Shown: piece by piece, positions 22,671 through 35,200 of the stretch
Numbering within the stretch: position 1 is the first letter of the stretch
How the letters are laid out: every line of letters begins with the position of its first letter
DNA from: Pristiophorus japonicus
Lineage: Eukaryota
Reading direction: 5' to 3'
DNA length: 59,621 nucleotides
Assembly: GCF_044704955.1 (NCBI RefSeq)
Contig: NC_092008.1
Coordinates: 806,001 to 865,621, forward strand
The notes under the pieces: generated by a model
What the model was told of the DNA's origin: nothing
What the model saw: only the letters and a program-made list of their open reading frames with translations
The model's database searches: none
Made by a program: the position numbers and the translations under genes

Positions 22671-25600
22671 GTAAGCAGCCCAGGGCCCCCCGCGGGCACC
22701 CCCCCCCGGCCCCCGAGTCTCGCACCTCGTATCACCGGGGCTGAAATTGGGCAGCGCCAGAATCACCGCCGGGCGTTAGGTGCGGCCCCCAACAATCCCG
22801 AATTCAGTTTTGACGCCCAACGAGAGCGCAGCGCTAAACACGTGGCGTGCACACTCGCCCGTCGGGCGGGAGCCCAGGAGGCCGACTGAATTTCCCCACG
22901 GGAGGCTGGGATAAAAAAAACGGGGCAGTATCGATGCATTTAAACATAGGCCCTCGCGGTTGACGGTGTCAAAGGCCTTTGTAAGGTCAAAGGCGACCAT
23001 TTTTAAGGGCCTGCATTTTTCCTGCAGCATTTCCCCAGCGTTGAAGCACTGACCACACTCGACCAGCTCCGCTGGGGCAGGGCCACATTGTCCGCACGTC
23101 CCCCCAGACACGAGACTCCCCAAAGCAAGCGCTCTACTCGGAACTCCTTCACGGGCAAACGGGCCAAAGGTGGGCAGAGGGAACGTTACAAGGGACCACC
23201 CTCAAAGCCCTCCCTGATAAAGTGCAACATCCCCCACCGACACCTGGGAGTCCCTGGGCCCAAAGACCAGTCCGCCCTAAGTGGAGGGAGTGCATCCGGG
23301 AGGGCGCTGAGCACCTCGAGTCTCGTCGCCGAGAGCGTGCAGAAACCAAGCGCAGGCAGCGGAAGGAGCGTGCGGCAAACCAGTCCCACCCTCCCCTTCC
23401 CTCAACCACTGTCTGTCCCACCCTGTGACAGGGACTGTGGCTCCCGTATTGGGCTGTTCAGCCACCGAAGGACTCGTGTTAAGAGCGGAAGCGAGTCTTC
23501 CTCGATTCCGAGGGACTGCCGATGATGGTGATGAGACAAACACACGGGGGAGAAGGGAACAGAGGCTTATGCCGATAGATTTAGACGGGGAAAGACTAGA
23601 GGAGGCTCGAGAGGAACATAAACGCCGGCATGGACTGGTTGGGCCAATTGGTCTGTTTCTGTGCCGTCTATCCGATATGTAAGCAGCAGTACTTAAAGGG
23701 CTGCAGCTCATCGATAAAGGAGTGGTGACAGCGAGACATTGATCATTGGTGGGGGGAGGGGGACTCTGCTCCCCAATGGGTGGGGGGCTCCTGAGGGCAG
23801 ATCCCCACCCTCCCTGTCCCGTCAGTATCGGAGGCGAAATGACCCCCCATAGTAATCGGTTTATGTGGGGGGAGGCCGGGAGTGGCTGAGACGAGGGGTG
23901 AAACCGTTTGTACGAGGACCCAACACTGACCCTCCCCCTTCTGCTCCTCAGCATCCACCCGCTGCCTGTACGAGAAGAAACTGCTGGAGACCCTCCGCCC
24001 GGGTCACAGGCCGCAGGTCAGAGGTCAGAGGTCACCAGCCGGGATCGCTGAATCAGAGGAAGAAGGTATGTGAGCTTCATCAGCAACGTCAGGGCAGGTA
24101 CAGCACGGGGTTAGATACAGAGTAAAGCTCCCTCTACACTGTCCCATCAAACACTCCCAGGGCAGGTACAGCACGGGGATAGATACAGAGTAAAGCTCCC
24201 TCTACACTGTCCCATCAAACACACCCAGGGCAGGTACAGGGGGTTAGATACAGAGTAAAGCTCCCTCTACACTGTCCCATCAAACACTCCCAGGGCAGGT
24301 ACAGCACGGGGATAGATACAGAGTAAAGCTCCCTCTACACTGTCCCATCAAACACACCCAGGGCAGGTACAGGGGGTTAGATACAGAGTAAAGCTCCCTC
24401 TACGTTGTCCCATCAAACACTCCCAGGGCAGGTACAGGGGGTTAGATACAGAGTAAAGCTCCCTCTACACTGTCCCATCAAACACCCCCAGGGCAGGTAC
24501 AGCACGGGGATAGATACAGAGTAAAGCTCCCTCTACACTGCCCCATCAAACACCCCCAGGGCAGGTACAGCACGGGGATAGATACAGAGTAAAGCACCTT
24601 CTACACTGTCCCATCAAACACTCCCAGGGCAGGTACAGGGGGTTAGATACAGAGTAAAGTTCCCTCTACACTGTCCCATCAAACACTCCCAGGGCAGGTA
24701 CAGGGGGTTAGATACAGAGTAAAGCTCCCTCTACACTGTCCCATCAAACACTCCCAGGGCAGGTACAGGGGGTTAGATACAGAGTAAAGCTCCCTCTACA
24801 CTGTCCCATCAAACACTCCCAGGGCAGGTACAGGGGGTTAGATACAGAGTAAAGCTCCCTCTACACTGTCCCATCAAACACTCCCAGGCAGGGACAGGGG
24901 GTTGGATACAGAGTGAGTGTTCCTCTCTCTCTCGAGCTGGTCCAGCCCGCTCGGTGGTGCGACATTAAACTGTCTCTCTCTCCGTTTCCACAGATGACAA
25001 TAACTCCGAAGGGATTTACTCCACCTTCTCGAGTCCTTCCCAGTCCGCGGCGAGGCATCGGGTAAGTGGGGCGACGGAACTCTGTGCGTGTGCAGGGGGC
25101 ACAGTGCCATCCAGCCCCTCACCCAAGCGGCTCAGGGCAGAGTCCTGCCAGCATATTCTACTGTGGGAGGCTTCATCGACGACCCCAATCTTGTTCGACC
25201 CCCGGGGTCACTGGGCGGGGTTTGGGAGCAGGAACCCTGGACTGATTTCCCGCGCCCCCACCTGGCCCCGCACAGGCCCGTCTGAGCCTCCGAGGGGTGG
25301 GGGGAGGGGGGGGAAGGTGCACGCGATTCTGGCTCCCCCAGCGGGCGGGTTGGGAGGGGAGAGCTCAGTCAGTGCGCCGCTCCTCAGACCTCCGGGCGGG
25401 ATGCCAGGCGACCCACTGGGAGTGAACGGGCTCCGGGGACCTTCCCCCTCCCACCGCCCCAGGCAGCTGCCCCTCCCTCCCTCCATCCCTCCGATCGCCC
25501 GGCACAATGCTACTCGCTGTCAGCGTTTATCTATCGCCCCCGGCCTCCTCCGTGGGCGGGAGTGTTGGAGATCCCCCCCCGGACCCCCACACACTCTCTC

Positions 25601-27133
25601 TTCCCAGACCCACACACTCCCCACACCCCCCCCCCCCCCCCCCCATACACTCCCTGGACCCTCACACACTCTCTCCCCGGACCCACACACTCCCTGGACC
25701 CTCACACACTCTCTCCCCGGACCCCCCATACACTCTATCCCCGGACCCCCCACACACTCTTTTCCCCCCCCCCGGGACCCCCTCACACACTCTCTCTCCC
25801 CGGACCCCCTCACACACTCTATCTTCCCGGACCCCCTCTCTCCCCGGACCCCCACACACTCTCTCCCCCCGGACCCCCACACACACACTTTCCCCCCCGG
25901 ACCCCCTCACACACTCCCCCCCGGACCCCCTCACACACTCTCCCCCCCGGACCCCCACACACACTCTTTCCCCCCCGGACCCCCTCACACACTCTCCCCC
26001 CCCGGACCCCCTCACACACACTCTTCCCCCCCCCCGGACCCCCTCACACACTCTCCCTCCCCGGACCCTTGCACACTCCCTGGACCCCCTCACACACTCT
26101 CCCCGGACCCTCGCACGCTCCGCGGAGCCCCGCACACACTCTCCCCTGACCCTCGCACGCTCCGCGGACCCACACTCTCCCCGGACCCCGCATGCACTTT
26201 CCCCGGACCCCCACACTCTCTCCCCGCGGACCCCCACACTCTCTCCCCGCGGACCCCCACACTCTCTCCCCGCGGACCCCCACACTCTCTCCCCGCGGAC
26301 CCCCACACTCTCTCCCCGCGGACCCCCACACTCTCTTCTCCCCGCCCGGACCCCCTCACACACTCTCTCCCCGGACCCCCGCACACACTCTCCCCACCCC
26401 GGACTCCCTCACACATTCTCTCCCCGGACCCCCGCACACACACTCCCCGGACCCTCGCACGCTCCGCGGACCCCCACACACTCACTCCCCCCGGACCCCC
26501 TCACACACTCTCGCTCCCTGGGCCTCCCACACTCTCTCCCCGGACCCCCTCACACACTCTCCCCGGACCCCCTCACACACTCTTTCCCCCCCCCCCCCCC
26601 CCCCCCCGGACCCCCTCGCACATTCTCTCCCCGGACCCCCGCACACACTCTCCCGGACCCTCGCACGCTCCGCGGACCCATGCTCTCTCCCCGGACCCTC
26701 GCACGCTCCGCGGACCCCCACACACACTCTCCCCGGACCCTCCGCGGACCCCCACACTCTCTCCCCGCGGACCCCCACACACTCTCCCCGGAGCTCCTTT
26801 ACGCGCTGTGCTCCCGTGTTTGCTCCCCGCAAATTGTTCCGCGTGCGCTCCCTGGAACCTCCACGGGCCGCGCATTCGTTAAAATTCCGCCTGCTCTCAA
26901 CTCTCCTTTTCTTGTCTCTCTCTCTCTCTCGGCAGCAGCAAGACCGGGCGGATCGGAGGAGGGAGACGCGGAGCGCGCCCCTGGGAAACACAGGACCCGG
27001 CGACAATCGCGTTCCCGTCTGGCTGAAACTCCTGCTGTTTGCCCTGGTGGCCGGGCTCCTGTTGTACGTGTACTGGGAGCTGCAGTGGGAGCAGGACACC
27101 CCGGTCCGGTCCATTGAAGCAGACTCCGTGTGA
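22589..27133 (+). CDS. EMD: Emerin-like inner nuclear membrane protein (N-terminal LEM domain, C-terminal TM), 4 coding exons, ~153 aa
   Basis: join(22589..22670, 23952..24065, 24994..25061, 26936..27133): MEALKRLSNEQLAARLSACAIPHGPVVASTRCLYEKKLLE...DNRVPVWLKLLLFALVAGLLLYVYWELQWEQDTPV.. resembles emerin IPHGPVVGSTRRLYEKK and QVPLWGQLLLF. First coding exon is 82 bp, phase 1, as recalled for EMD. All introns GT-AG, frame intact, Xq28 neighbours. Confidence 0.82.
22945..23525 (+). mobile_element. RTE-clade LINE fragment with inverted 5' segment
   Basis: + strand C-terminus CDRDCGSRIGLFSHRRT; - strand FDLTKAFDTVNREGL at ~22950-23000. Confidence 0.75.
23952..24065 (+). CDS. EMD: EMD-like coding exon 2 (LEM second half)
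   Basis: Pyrimidine tract + CAG; STRCLYEKKLLE; donor GTATGT. Confidence 0.85.
24090..24915. repeat. 65/69-bp minisatellite
   Basis: GGGCAGGTACAGGGGGTTAGATACAGAGTAAAGCTCCCTCTACACTGTCCCATCAAACACTCCCA. Confidence 0.92.
24994..25061 (+). CDS. EMD: EMD-like coding exon 3
   Basis: tctctccgtttccacag acceptor; DDNNSEGIYSTFSSPSQSAARHR; donor GTAAGT; converts phase 1 to 0 as required. Confidence 0.78.
25570..26790. repeat. C-rich degenerate tandem repeat (CCCCGGACCCCCACACACTCTCT)
   Basis: Directly visible. Confidence 0.85.
26936..27133 (+). CDS. EMD: EMD-like last coding exon (TM segment)
   Basis: Long pyrimidine tract, CAGCAG tandem acceptor, hydrophobic helix, TGA at 27131-27133. Confidence 0.85.
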   Translation, partial: QQDRADRRRETRSAPLGNTGPGDNRVPVWLKLLLFALVAGLLLYVYWELQWEQDTPVRSIEADSV

Positions 27134-27933
27134 GGCCGGTTTTATTCCCCCCTCCCCACCCCGACCAGAGGCAGAGGCGTGCGACGGGGAGGTTTAAACC
27201 GGCGGACGATCGCCCCTTTCTCCACCTCAGGACGGACGTCCCGAAGCCTCACAGCCAATCAAACGCTTTCTTTTTTGAAGTGCGCTCACTGTTGTAACGT
27301 AGGAAACACAGTGCACAGCAAGCTCCCACAAACAGCAATGAGATAACGACCCATATCATCCGGTTCCTCCACAGAGGCGGAAACGAGGAAATTTTTTTTG
27401 CTCTTGAGGCGAATTTGCAACGCGCTGCCTGAAAGCTCGGTGGGAGCAGATTCAATAGTAACTTTCAAACCGGGGGAATTGGATAAATACCTGAAGGGGG
27501 GGGGGGGAAATGTGCCGGGGCTGTGGGGAAAGGGCAGGGGGGAGTGTGGGACTGATTGGGGTCGCTCTGTCACAGAGCCGGCTACAGCACGGGCCCGAGG
27601 GGCCCAATGGGATCCTCCTGTGCGGTGTGGTTCCAGGATTTAATGTTGGGTGGAGCGATAAATACTGGCCCCAGGACACCGGGGAGAACTCCCCCTGCTC
27701 TTCTTCCAATAGTGGTCGTGGGATCTTTGACATCCACCCGAGAGGGTCTCTGGGTTAGGGTGATGGGGGGGGGGTGTCACAAAATCAATCTAGATCTAGC
27801 TATATTATTAATCGGGTGAGGGGTCGGGGTGCAGGTGAAAGGTCAAGGCGAGGGGTCAGTAAGGGTGAACGGTCAGGGTGAAAGGTCTCGCACTTGGGAT
27901 TCTGCCGATTTCTGTCTCCTAAGCGATCATGAC

Positions 27934-27939
27934 AATAAA
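27934..27939 (+). terminator. Probable polyadenylation signal of the EMD-like gene
   Basis: AATAAA followed ~20-40 nt later by a T/GT-rich tract. Confidence 0.5.
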
Positions 27940-28288
27940 ACATTCAAACTTGCTCTGACATTGTTTGGTTTCTCTCTCTGCCCTCTGCCCCCTTCCCCCA
28001 GAACCGGCCCACACCGGGCATGGGAATGGAGCCTGGGCCTTTTCAAATCCCGCCCCACGTGGGGCCCCATGAAGGTCCCAGCCTTAAACAGTACCTGGAC
28101 GTGCCGTAACCCGCAGGGCTACGGGTCGAGAGCTGGAAAGTGGGATTAGGCCGGGATGGCTCCTTGTCGGCCGAAATGGCCGCCTTCCGTGCTGTAAATT
28201 CTGTGATTCTATGAGCCGAGGACACCTCCCCTCTACTCCGACCTCAGTCCGCACCGTCAACGGAGGCAACAGGACAGGGTAAGAAGGC

Positions 28289-28294
28289 TTTATT
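28289..28294 (-). terminator. Probable polyadenylation signal of RENBP
   Basis: TTTATT on + (AATAAA on -), ~880 bp past the RENBP stop. Confidence 0.45.
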
Positions 28295-28371
28295 GTTCCT
28301 TAATCATTCTCATAATTCATCGAGCGAGAGTGAAAGGGAGCTGAATTAACATCAGTAAAGATACAATCAGT

Positions 28372-29022
28372 GACACTCCCAGGGCAGGTACAGGGGGTTA
28401 GATACAGAGTAAAGCTCCCTCTACACTGTCCCCATCAAACACTCCCAGTGTTGGTACAGGGGGTCAGATACAGAGTAAAGCTCCCTCTACACTGTCCCAT
28501 CAAACACTCCCAGGGCAGGTACAGGGGGTCAGATACAGAGTAAAGCTCTCTCTACACTGTCCCATCAAACACTCCCAGGGCAGGTACAGCATGGGGTTAG
28601 ATAGAGAGTAAAGCTCCCTCTACACTGTCCCATCAAACACTCCCAGGGCAGGTACAGGGGGTTAGATACAGAGTAAAGCTCCCTCTACACTGTCCCATCA
28701 AACACTCCCAGGGCAGGTACAGGGGGTTAGATACAAAGTAAAGCTCCCTCTACACTGTCCCATCAAACACTCCCAGGGCAGGTACAGGGGGTTACATACA
28801 GAGTAAAGCTGCCTCTACACTGTCCCATCAAACACTCCCAGGGCAGGTACAGCACGGGGTTAGATACAGAGTAAAGCTCCCTCTACACTGTCCCATCAAA
28901 CACTCCCAGGGCAGGTACAGGGGGTTAGATACAGAGTAAAGCTCCCTCTACACTGTCCCATCAAACACTCCCAGGGCAGGTACAGGGGGTTAGATACAGA
29001 GTAAAGCTGCCTCTACACTGTC
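28372..29022. repeat. 65/69-bp minisatellite, second locus (predicted RENBP 3' UTR)
   Basis: Same unit as 24090-24915. Confidence 0.92.
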
Positions 29023-29168
29023 AGGTATTTTGGAAGGTGCGATTTTGAAGAGAAGATTTTCCAGAGCTGCTGATGAGGTGGTGATACTGGGCAGGGTCTG
29101 CGTTGCCTGCTCCAGGTATCTGCGATGTTTCAGTGAGGCCTTGGACCCGCCCGGCCTCCCCTCAGCCC

Positions 29169-29248
29169 TCAGGAGGCCTGGGCCTCTCCCAGCAGGCTGT
29201 CCAAGATTTGCTCACACAGGTACAGGCAGCGCGGCAGGTGGAAACAAC
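29169..29248 (-). CDS. RENBP: RENBP last coding exon
   Basis: [26 protein letters not shown]. Confidence 0.93.
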
Positions 29249-32200
29249 CTGAGTGAGGAATACACAGAGTCAGTGCCCGGCGAGTCTCCCATCGTCCCAA
29301 CTCCCAGCTCCTGGAGTATCCGATCACACAGGATCCCCCTCTCCCCTCTCTCCCTCCATCCCCGCCCCTCCTCTCTCACCACTACCACTCTCCCTGTCCA
29401 TCCCTTCCCCTACCTCTCGCTCCCTCCCCCTCCCTCTCTCAAACTGCCCCTCACTGTCCTCTCTCCCCCATCCCCCTCCCTCATTTCCTTGCCGCTCCCT
29501 CCCCCATCGCCCTCTGTCCCTCTCCACATCACCCTCCCCACATCACCCTCCGACCCCGCCCCCCCACATCACCCTCTGACCCCCCCCCCCACATCACCCT
29601 CCGACCCCGCCCCCACATCACCCTCCAACCCCCCCCCACATCACACTCTGACCCCGCCCCATCACCCTCTGACCCCTCCGACCCCCCCTTCCCCCTCCGA
29701 CCCCCCCCTCCCCCTCCAACCCCCCCCTCCCCCTCCAACCCCCCCCAACATCACCCTACGACCCCCCCCCCACATCACCCTCCCCCATTACGAGGATGGT
29801 ACGAGTGACGCAGGCCGCTACCTTTGAAGGGGCCTCCCTTGAAGGTGTGGGTCACGGTGCCCTGTCGGTTCAGGTATCCGTACCACTCGCCGTGCTCCCG
29901 GTCTGGGAACTGCAACAGAAACATTGGGGTCCGTCAGAATACAGCAGTGTGCCCCTTGTGGGGGGGGAGGTATATCGCTGACGCACACCCCGCGGGGGGG
30001 GGGGTAATGAGAGCATAAGAAATAGGAGCAGGAGTCGGCCATTCGGCCCCTCGAGCCTGCTCCACCATCCAATCAGATCACGGCTGATCACCGACCTCAA
30101 CTCCACTTCCCCGCCCGATCCCTCGATTCCCTTAATATCCAAAATCTACCGATCTCGGCCTTGAATATACTCAGCGACTGAGCCTCCACTGCCCTCTGGG
30201 GCAGAGAGTTCCAACGACTCACCTCCCTCCGAGTGAAGAAATTCCTCCTCATCTCAGTCCTAAATGTCCGAGCCCTTATCCTGAGACTGTGTGACCCCTG
30301 GTTCTAGACTCCCCAGCCCCGGGGGGGAAACACCCTCCCTGCATCTACCCCGTCAATCCCCCTCACAATCCGACACGTTTCAGTGAGATCACCTCCCATT
30401 CTTCTAAACTCGAGGGAGTGTCGGCCCAGTCTGCTCAATCTCTGCTCCTAGGACAATCCCCCCATCCCGGGAATCAGTCTGGTGAACCTTCGCTGCACTC
30501 CCTCAATGGCAAGTATATCATACGTGAAGACTGCTATATAAATTCAACTTTAGTCTGTTCCCCTGCCCTCAGTAATGGATTTGCCTCATTCACTGTCCCT
30601 TTCCCTCTCCTCACCCTCGTCTCTCAGTCAGAAGGTTGTGAGTTCAATTTCCGCTCCAGGGACATGAGCGCAATAATCCAGACTGACACTCCAGTGCAGT
30701 GCTGAGGGAGTGTCGGAGGGGCGGTACTGAGGGAGCGCCGCACTGTCGGAGGGGTGGTACTGAGGGAGCAGCGCACTGTCGGAGGGGCGGTACTGAGGGA
30801 GCAGCGCGCTGTCGGAGGTGCGGTACTGAGGGAGCGCCGCACTGCGCTGTCGGAGGGGCGGTACTGAGGGAGTGCTGCACTGTCGGAGGGGCGGTACTGA
30901 GGGAGCGCCGCACTGTCGGAGGGGCAGTACTGAGGGAGCGCCGCACTGCGCTGTCGGAGGGGTGGTACTGAGGGAGTGCTGCACTGTCGGAGGGTCTGTA
31001 CTGAGGGAGCCCCGCACTGTCGGAGGGGCGGTACTGAGGGAGCCCCGCACTGTCGGAGGGGCAGTACTGAGGGAGCGCCGCACTGTCGGAGGGGCGGTAC
31101 TGAGGGAGCCCCGCACTGTCGGAGGGGCGGTACTGAGGGAGCCCCGCACTGTCGGAGGGGCGGTACTGAGGGAGCCCCGCACTGTCGGAGGGGCGGTACT
31201 GAGGGAGCCCCGCACTGTCGGAGGGGCAGTACTGAGGGAGCGCCGCACTGTCGGAGGGGCTGTATTTCGGGATGAGACGTTAAACCGAGGCCCCGTCTGC
31301 CCTCTCGGGTGGATGTAAAAGATCCCGGGGCCACCATTGGAAGAAGAGCAGGGGGAGTTCTCCCCGGTGTCCTGGGGCCAATATTTATCCCTCGACCAAC
31401 ATCACTAAAACAGACGATCTGGGTCATTGTCACATCGCTGTGTGTGGGAGCTTGCTGTGCGCAAATTGGTGTTCCCCACATTACAACAACGACCACACTT
31501 CAAAATAAGTCCTTCATTGGCTGCGAAGCGCTTTGTGACGTCTAGCGGTCGAGAAAGGCGCGGGAGAAAATGGGAGACTTTCGGGCAGCAGTCCGCCTTT
31601 AAGAGTGAGTGTCGCCACTTACATGTGCGAAGGTGTAGTCGAAGATGTGGTTGAAGGTCTGTAGCAGTCGAGGGTCCCGGCTCACCTGATAGCCCAGGAG
31701 GAAGGCAATCAGCGCCTCGGTGTGGGGCCACCATAGCTTCATGTCCCACTCCAGCTGTGGGGAGAGAGCGAGAGAGAGAGAAGCGTGTGCTGGTTACTCC
31801 CTCTCTGAATCCCCACATAACCCCGGGCGCGACTTAGAGGAAAGGATTAATGGGGGGGGGGGCAGTGGGAGATTAAGTGCTCACAGATTGGTGGAGCTGC
31901 TGCGCTGGGAGTGGCTTAACCAGTCACGTGATGTTCACAAGACTCAATAAAACCCCGGTCCGTTGGGTCGAGGTCAGCTGACGATGAGATACGCAGTTGT
32001 GAGCCTGGCGGATGAATTGGTAAATGTGTCACGTGATTGTTAAACCTTTTGCCAACAAACCAACGAGTTTGTAACAGCAATGTGTTGCTACGGATTCTTC
32101 AGCAAAGAACCCACGAAGCAAATACATTACAAGATGGAGAGTCGGTGATGGGGGAGAGTGTACATGGGCTGTGGGAGGGGATTCGATGGGTGGGTAGATG

Positions 32201-35200
32201 CCCCGGGACATCATGGCCCCCGCGACCCGCGAGAGAACAGCTCCGCAGGTCGGGCTATGAACGAGCTGGAGCACGGACCACTTCAACCTCCAGAGCGAGC
32301 TGCTCCAAGCGTGCGACGATTTTGAGCTGGGCGACGTCACCAAAACCCTGGTCGTCGTTTTGGGGCGTGGGCGGGAACACCGGCAGGGCGGCGAGGGATC
32401 GGGGGGCGGAGGAGCGGCGAGAGATCGGGGGCGGAGGAGCGGCGAGAGATCGGGGGCGGAGGTGCGGAGAGAGATCGGGGCGGAGGAGCGGCGAGAGATC
32501 GGGGCGGAGGAGCGGCGAGAGATCGGGGCGGAGGAGCGGCGAGAGATCGGGGCGGAGGAGCGGCGAGAGATCGGGGCGGAGGAGCGGCGAGAGATCGGGG
32601 CGGAGGAGCGGCGAGAGATCGGGGCGGAGGAGCGGCGAGAGATCGGGGCGGAGGAGCGGCGAGAGATCGGGGGCGGAGGAGCGGCGAGAGATCGGGGCGG
32701 AGGAGCGGCGAGAGATCGGGGCGGAGGAGCGGCGAGAGATCGGGGCGGAGGAGCGGCGAGAGATCGGGGCGGAGGAGCGGCGAGAGATCGGGGCGGAGGA
32801 GCGGCGAGAGATCGGGGCGGAGGAGCGGCGAGAGATCGGGGCGGAGGAGCGGCGAGAGATCGGGGCGGAGGAGCGGCGAGAGATCGGGGCGGAGGAGCGG
32901 CGAGAGATCGGGGCGGAGGAGCGGCGAGAGATCGGGGCGGAGGAGTATCGAGAGATCGGGGCGGAGGAGCGGCGAGAGATCGGGGCGGAGGAGTATCGAG
33001 AGATTGGGGCGGAGGAGCGGCGAGAGATCGGGGGCGGAGGAGCGGCGAGAGATCGGGGCGGAGGAGCGGCGAGAGATCGGGGCGGAGAGAGATCGGGGCG
33101 GAGGAGTATCGAGAGATCGGGGGCGGAGGAGCGGCGAGAGATCGGGGCGGAGGAGGGGCGAGAGATCGGGGCGCAGGAGGGGCGAGAGATCGGGGCGGAG
33201 GAGCGGCGGGAGATCGGGGCGGAGGAGCGGCGAGAGATCGGGGCGGAGGAGGGGAGAGAGATCGGGGCGGAGGAGCGGCGAGAGATCGGGGCGGAGGAGC
33301 GGCGGGAGATCGGGGCGGAGAGAGATCGGGGCGGAGGAGCGGAGAGAGATCGGGGCGGAGAGAGATCGGGGCGGAGGAGCGGCGAGAGATCGGGGCGGAG
33401 GAGGGGCGAGAGATCGGGGCGGAGGAGCGGCGGGAGATCGGTCGGTGGAAGGGAGTGGGCACCTGAGTGGGGGAATGTCCGTCCACGTCCAGGAAGTAGA
33501 AAAGCCCTCCGAACTCCGGGTCCCATCCCGCCTCGAAGGGCCCGATCACAAACTTCTCGATGGCCATTGTCTTCAGCTCTTCGCAGGAGTGCTTCACCGC
33601 GTAACGCAGCAGGAACCAGCCGGCTTCGAGGGCGTGACCTGTCACACATCGAGGGGTGAGGGGGTGGAGACAGGATTAACGGCAGACTTGGGACACTACA
33701 TCGACAACTCTCACAGAATCACAGAACTTGCTGGCTGTACAAACGATAAGTGGGAAAGCAAGGTGTGAGGAGCACACAAAGAATCTGCAAAGGGATAGAG
33801 ACAGGCTCCGTGAGTGGGCAAATATCTGGCAGATGGAGTACAATGCTGGAAAGTGTGAGGTTATCCACTCTGGCAGGAAAAATAACAAAGCAAATTACTA
33901 TTTAAGTGCCGCAGTACAGCGGGACCTGGGGGTTACTTGTGCATGAAACACAAAAGGATAGTATGCAGGTACAGCAAGTGATCAGGAAGGCCAATGGTAT
34001 CTTGGCCTTTATTGCAAAGGGGATGGAGTATAAAAGCAGGGAAGTCTTGCTCCAGTTATACAGGGTATTGGTGAGGCCACACCTGGAGTACTGCGTGCAG
34101 TTCTGGTCTCCGTATTTAAGGAGGGATATACTTGCATTGGAGGCAGTTCAGAGAAGGTTCACTCGGTTGATTCCGGGGATGAGGGGGTTGCCTTATGAGG
34201 AAAGGTTGAGCAGGTTGGGCCTGTACCCATTGGAGTTTAGAAGAATGAGAGGTGATCTTATTGAAACGTATCAGATTCTGAGGGGGGCTGGACAGGGTGG
34301 ATGCAGAGAGGATGTTTCCCCCTCGTGGGGGAATCTAGAACTAGGGGGCACATAGTCTCAGAATAAGGGGCCGCCCATTTAGGACGGAGATGAGGAGGAA
34401 TTTCTTCCGGTGAATCTGTGGAATTCTCTGCCCCAGAGAGCTGTGGGGGGCTGGGTCATTGAATATATTTAAGGTGGAGATAGACAGATTTTTGAGCGAT
34501 AAGGGAGTGAAGGGGCGGGCGGGGAAGTGGAGCTGAGCCCAAGATCGGATCAGCCGCGATCTGATTGAATGGCGGAGCGGGCTCGAGGGGGGGAAGGGTT
34601 CGAGAGCGTACCTGGGTTCTGCAGACGTCCCTCACAACCAGGAAGCTCTTTTCCATCTGCTGAAACCGTCTCCAAGACAACCGCTCCCTTGCGCTGGAAG
34701 CAGGAACAGAGAGAGTCAGTGTCTGTGGGACTGTACCCCAGTGAGAGTCAGTGTGTGTGGGACCCGTACCCCAGTGAGAGTCAGTGTGTGTGGGACCCGT
34801 ACCCCAGTGAGAGTCAGTGTGTGTGGGACCCGTACCCCAGTGAGAGTCAGTGTGTGTGGGACCCGTACCCCAGTGAGAGTCAGTGTGTGTGGGACCCGTA
34901 CCCCAGTGAGAGTCAGTGTGTGTGGGACTGTACCCCAGTGAGAGTCAGTGTGTGTGGGACTGTACCCCAGTGAGAGTCAGTGTGTGTGGGACCCGTACCC
35001 CAGTGAGAGTCAGTGTGTGTGGGACCCGTACCCCAGTGAGAGTCAATGTGTGTGGGACCCGTACCCCAGTGAGAGTCAGTGTGTGTGGGACCCGTACCCC
35101 AGTGAGAGTCAGTGTGTGTGGGACCCGTACCCCAGTGAGAGTCAGTGTGTGTGGGACTGTACCCCAGTGAGAGTCAGTGTGTGTGGGACTGTACCCCAGT

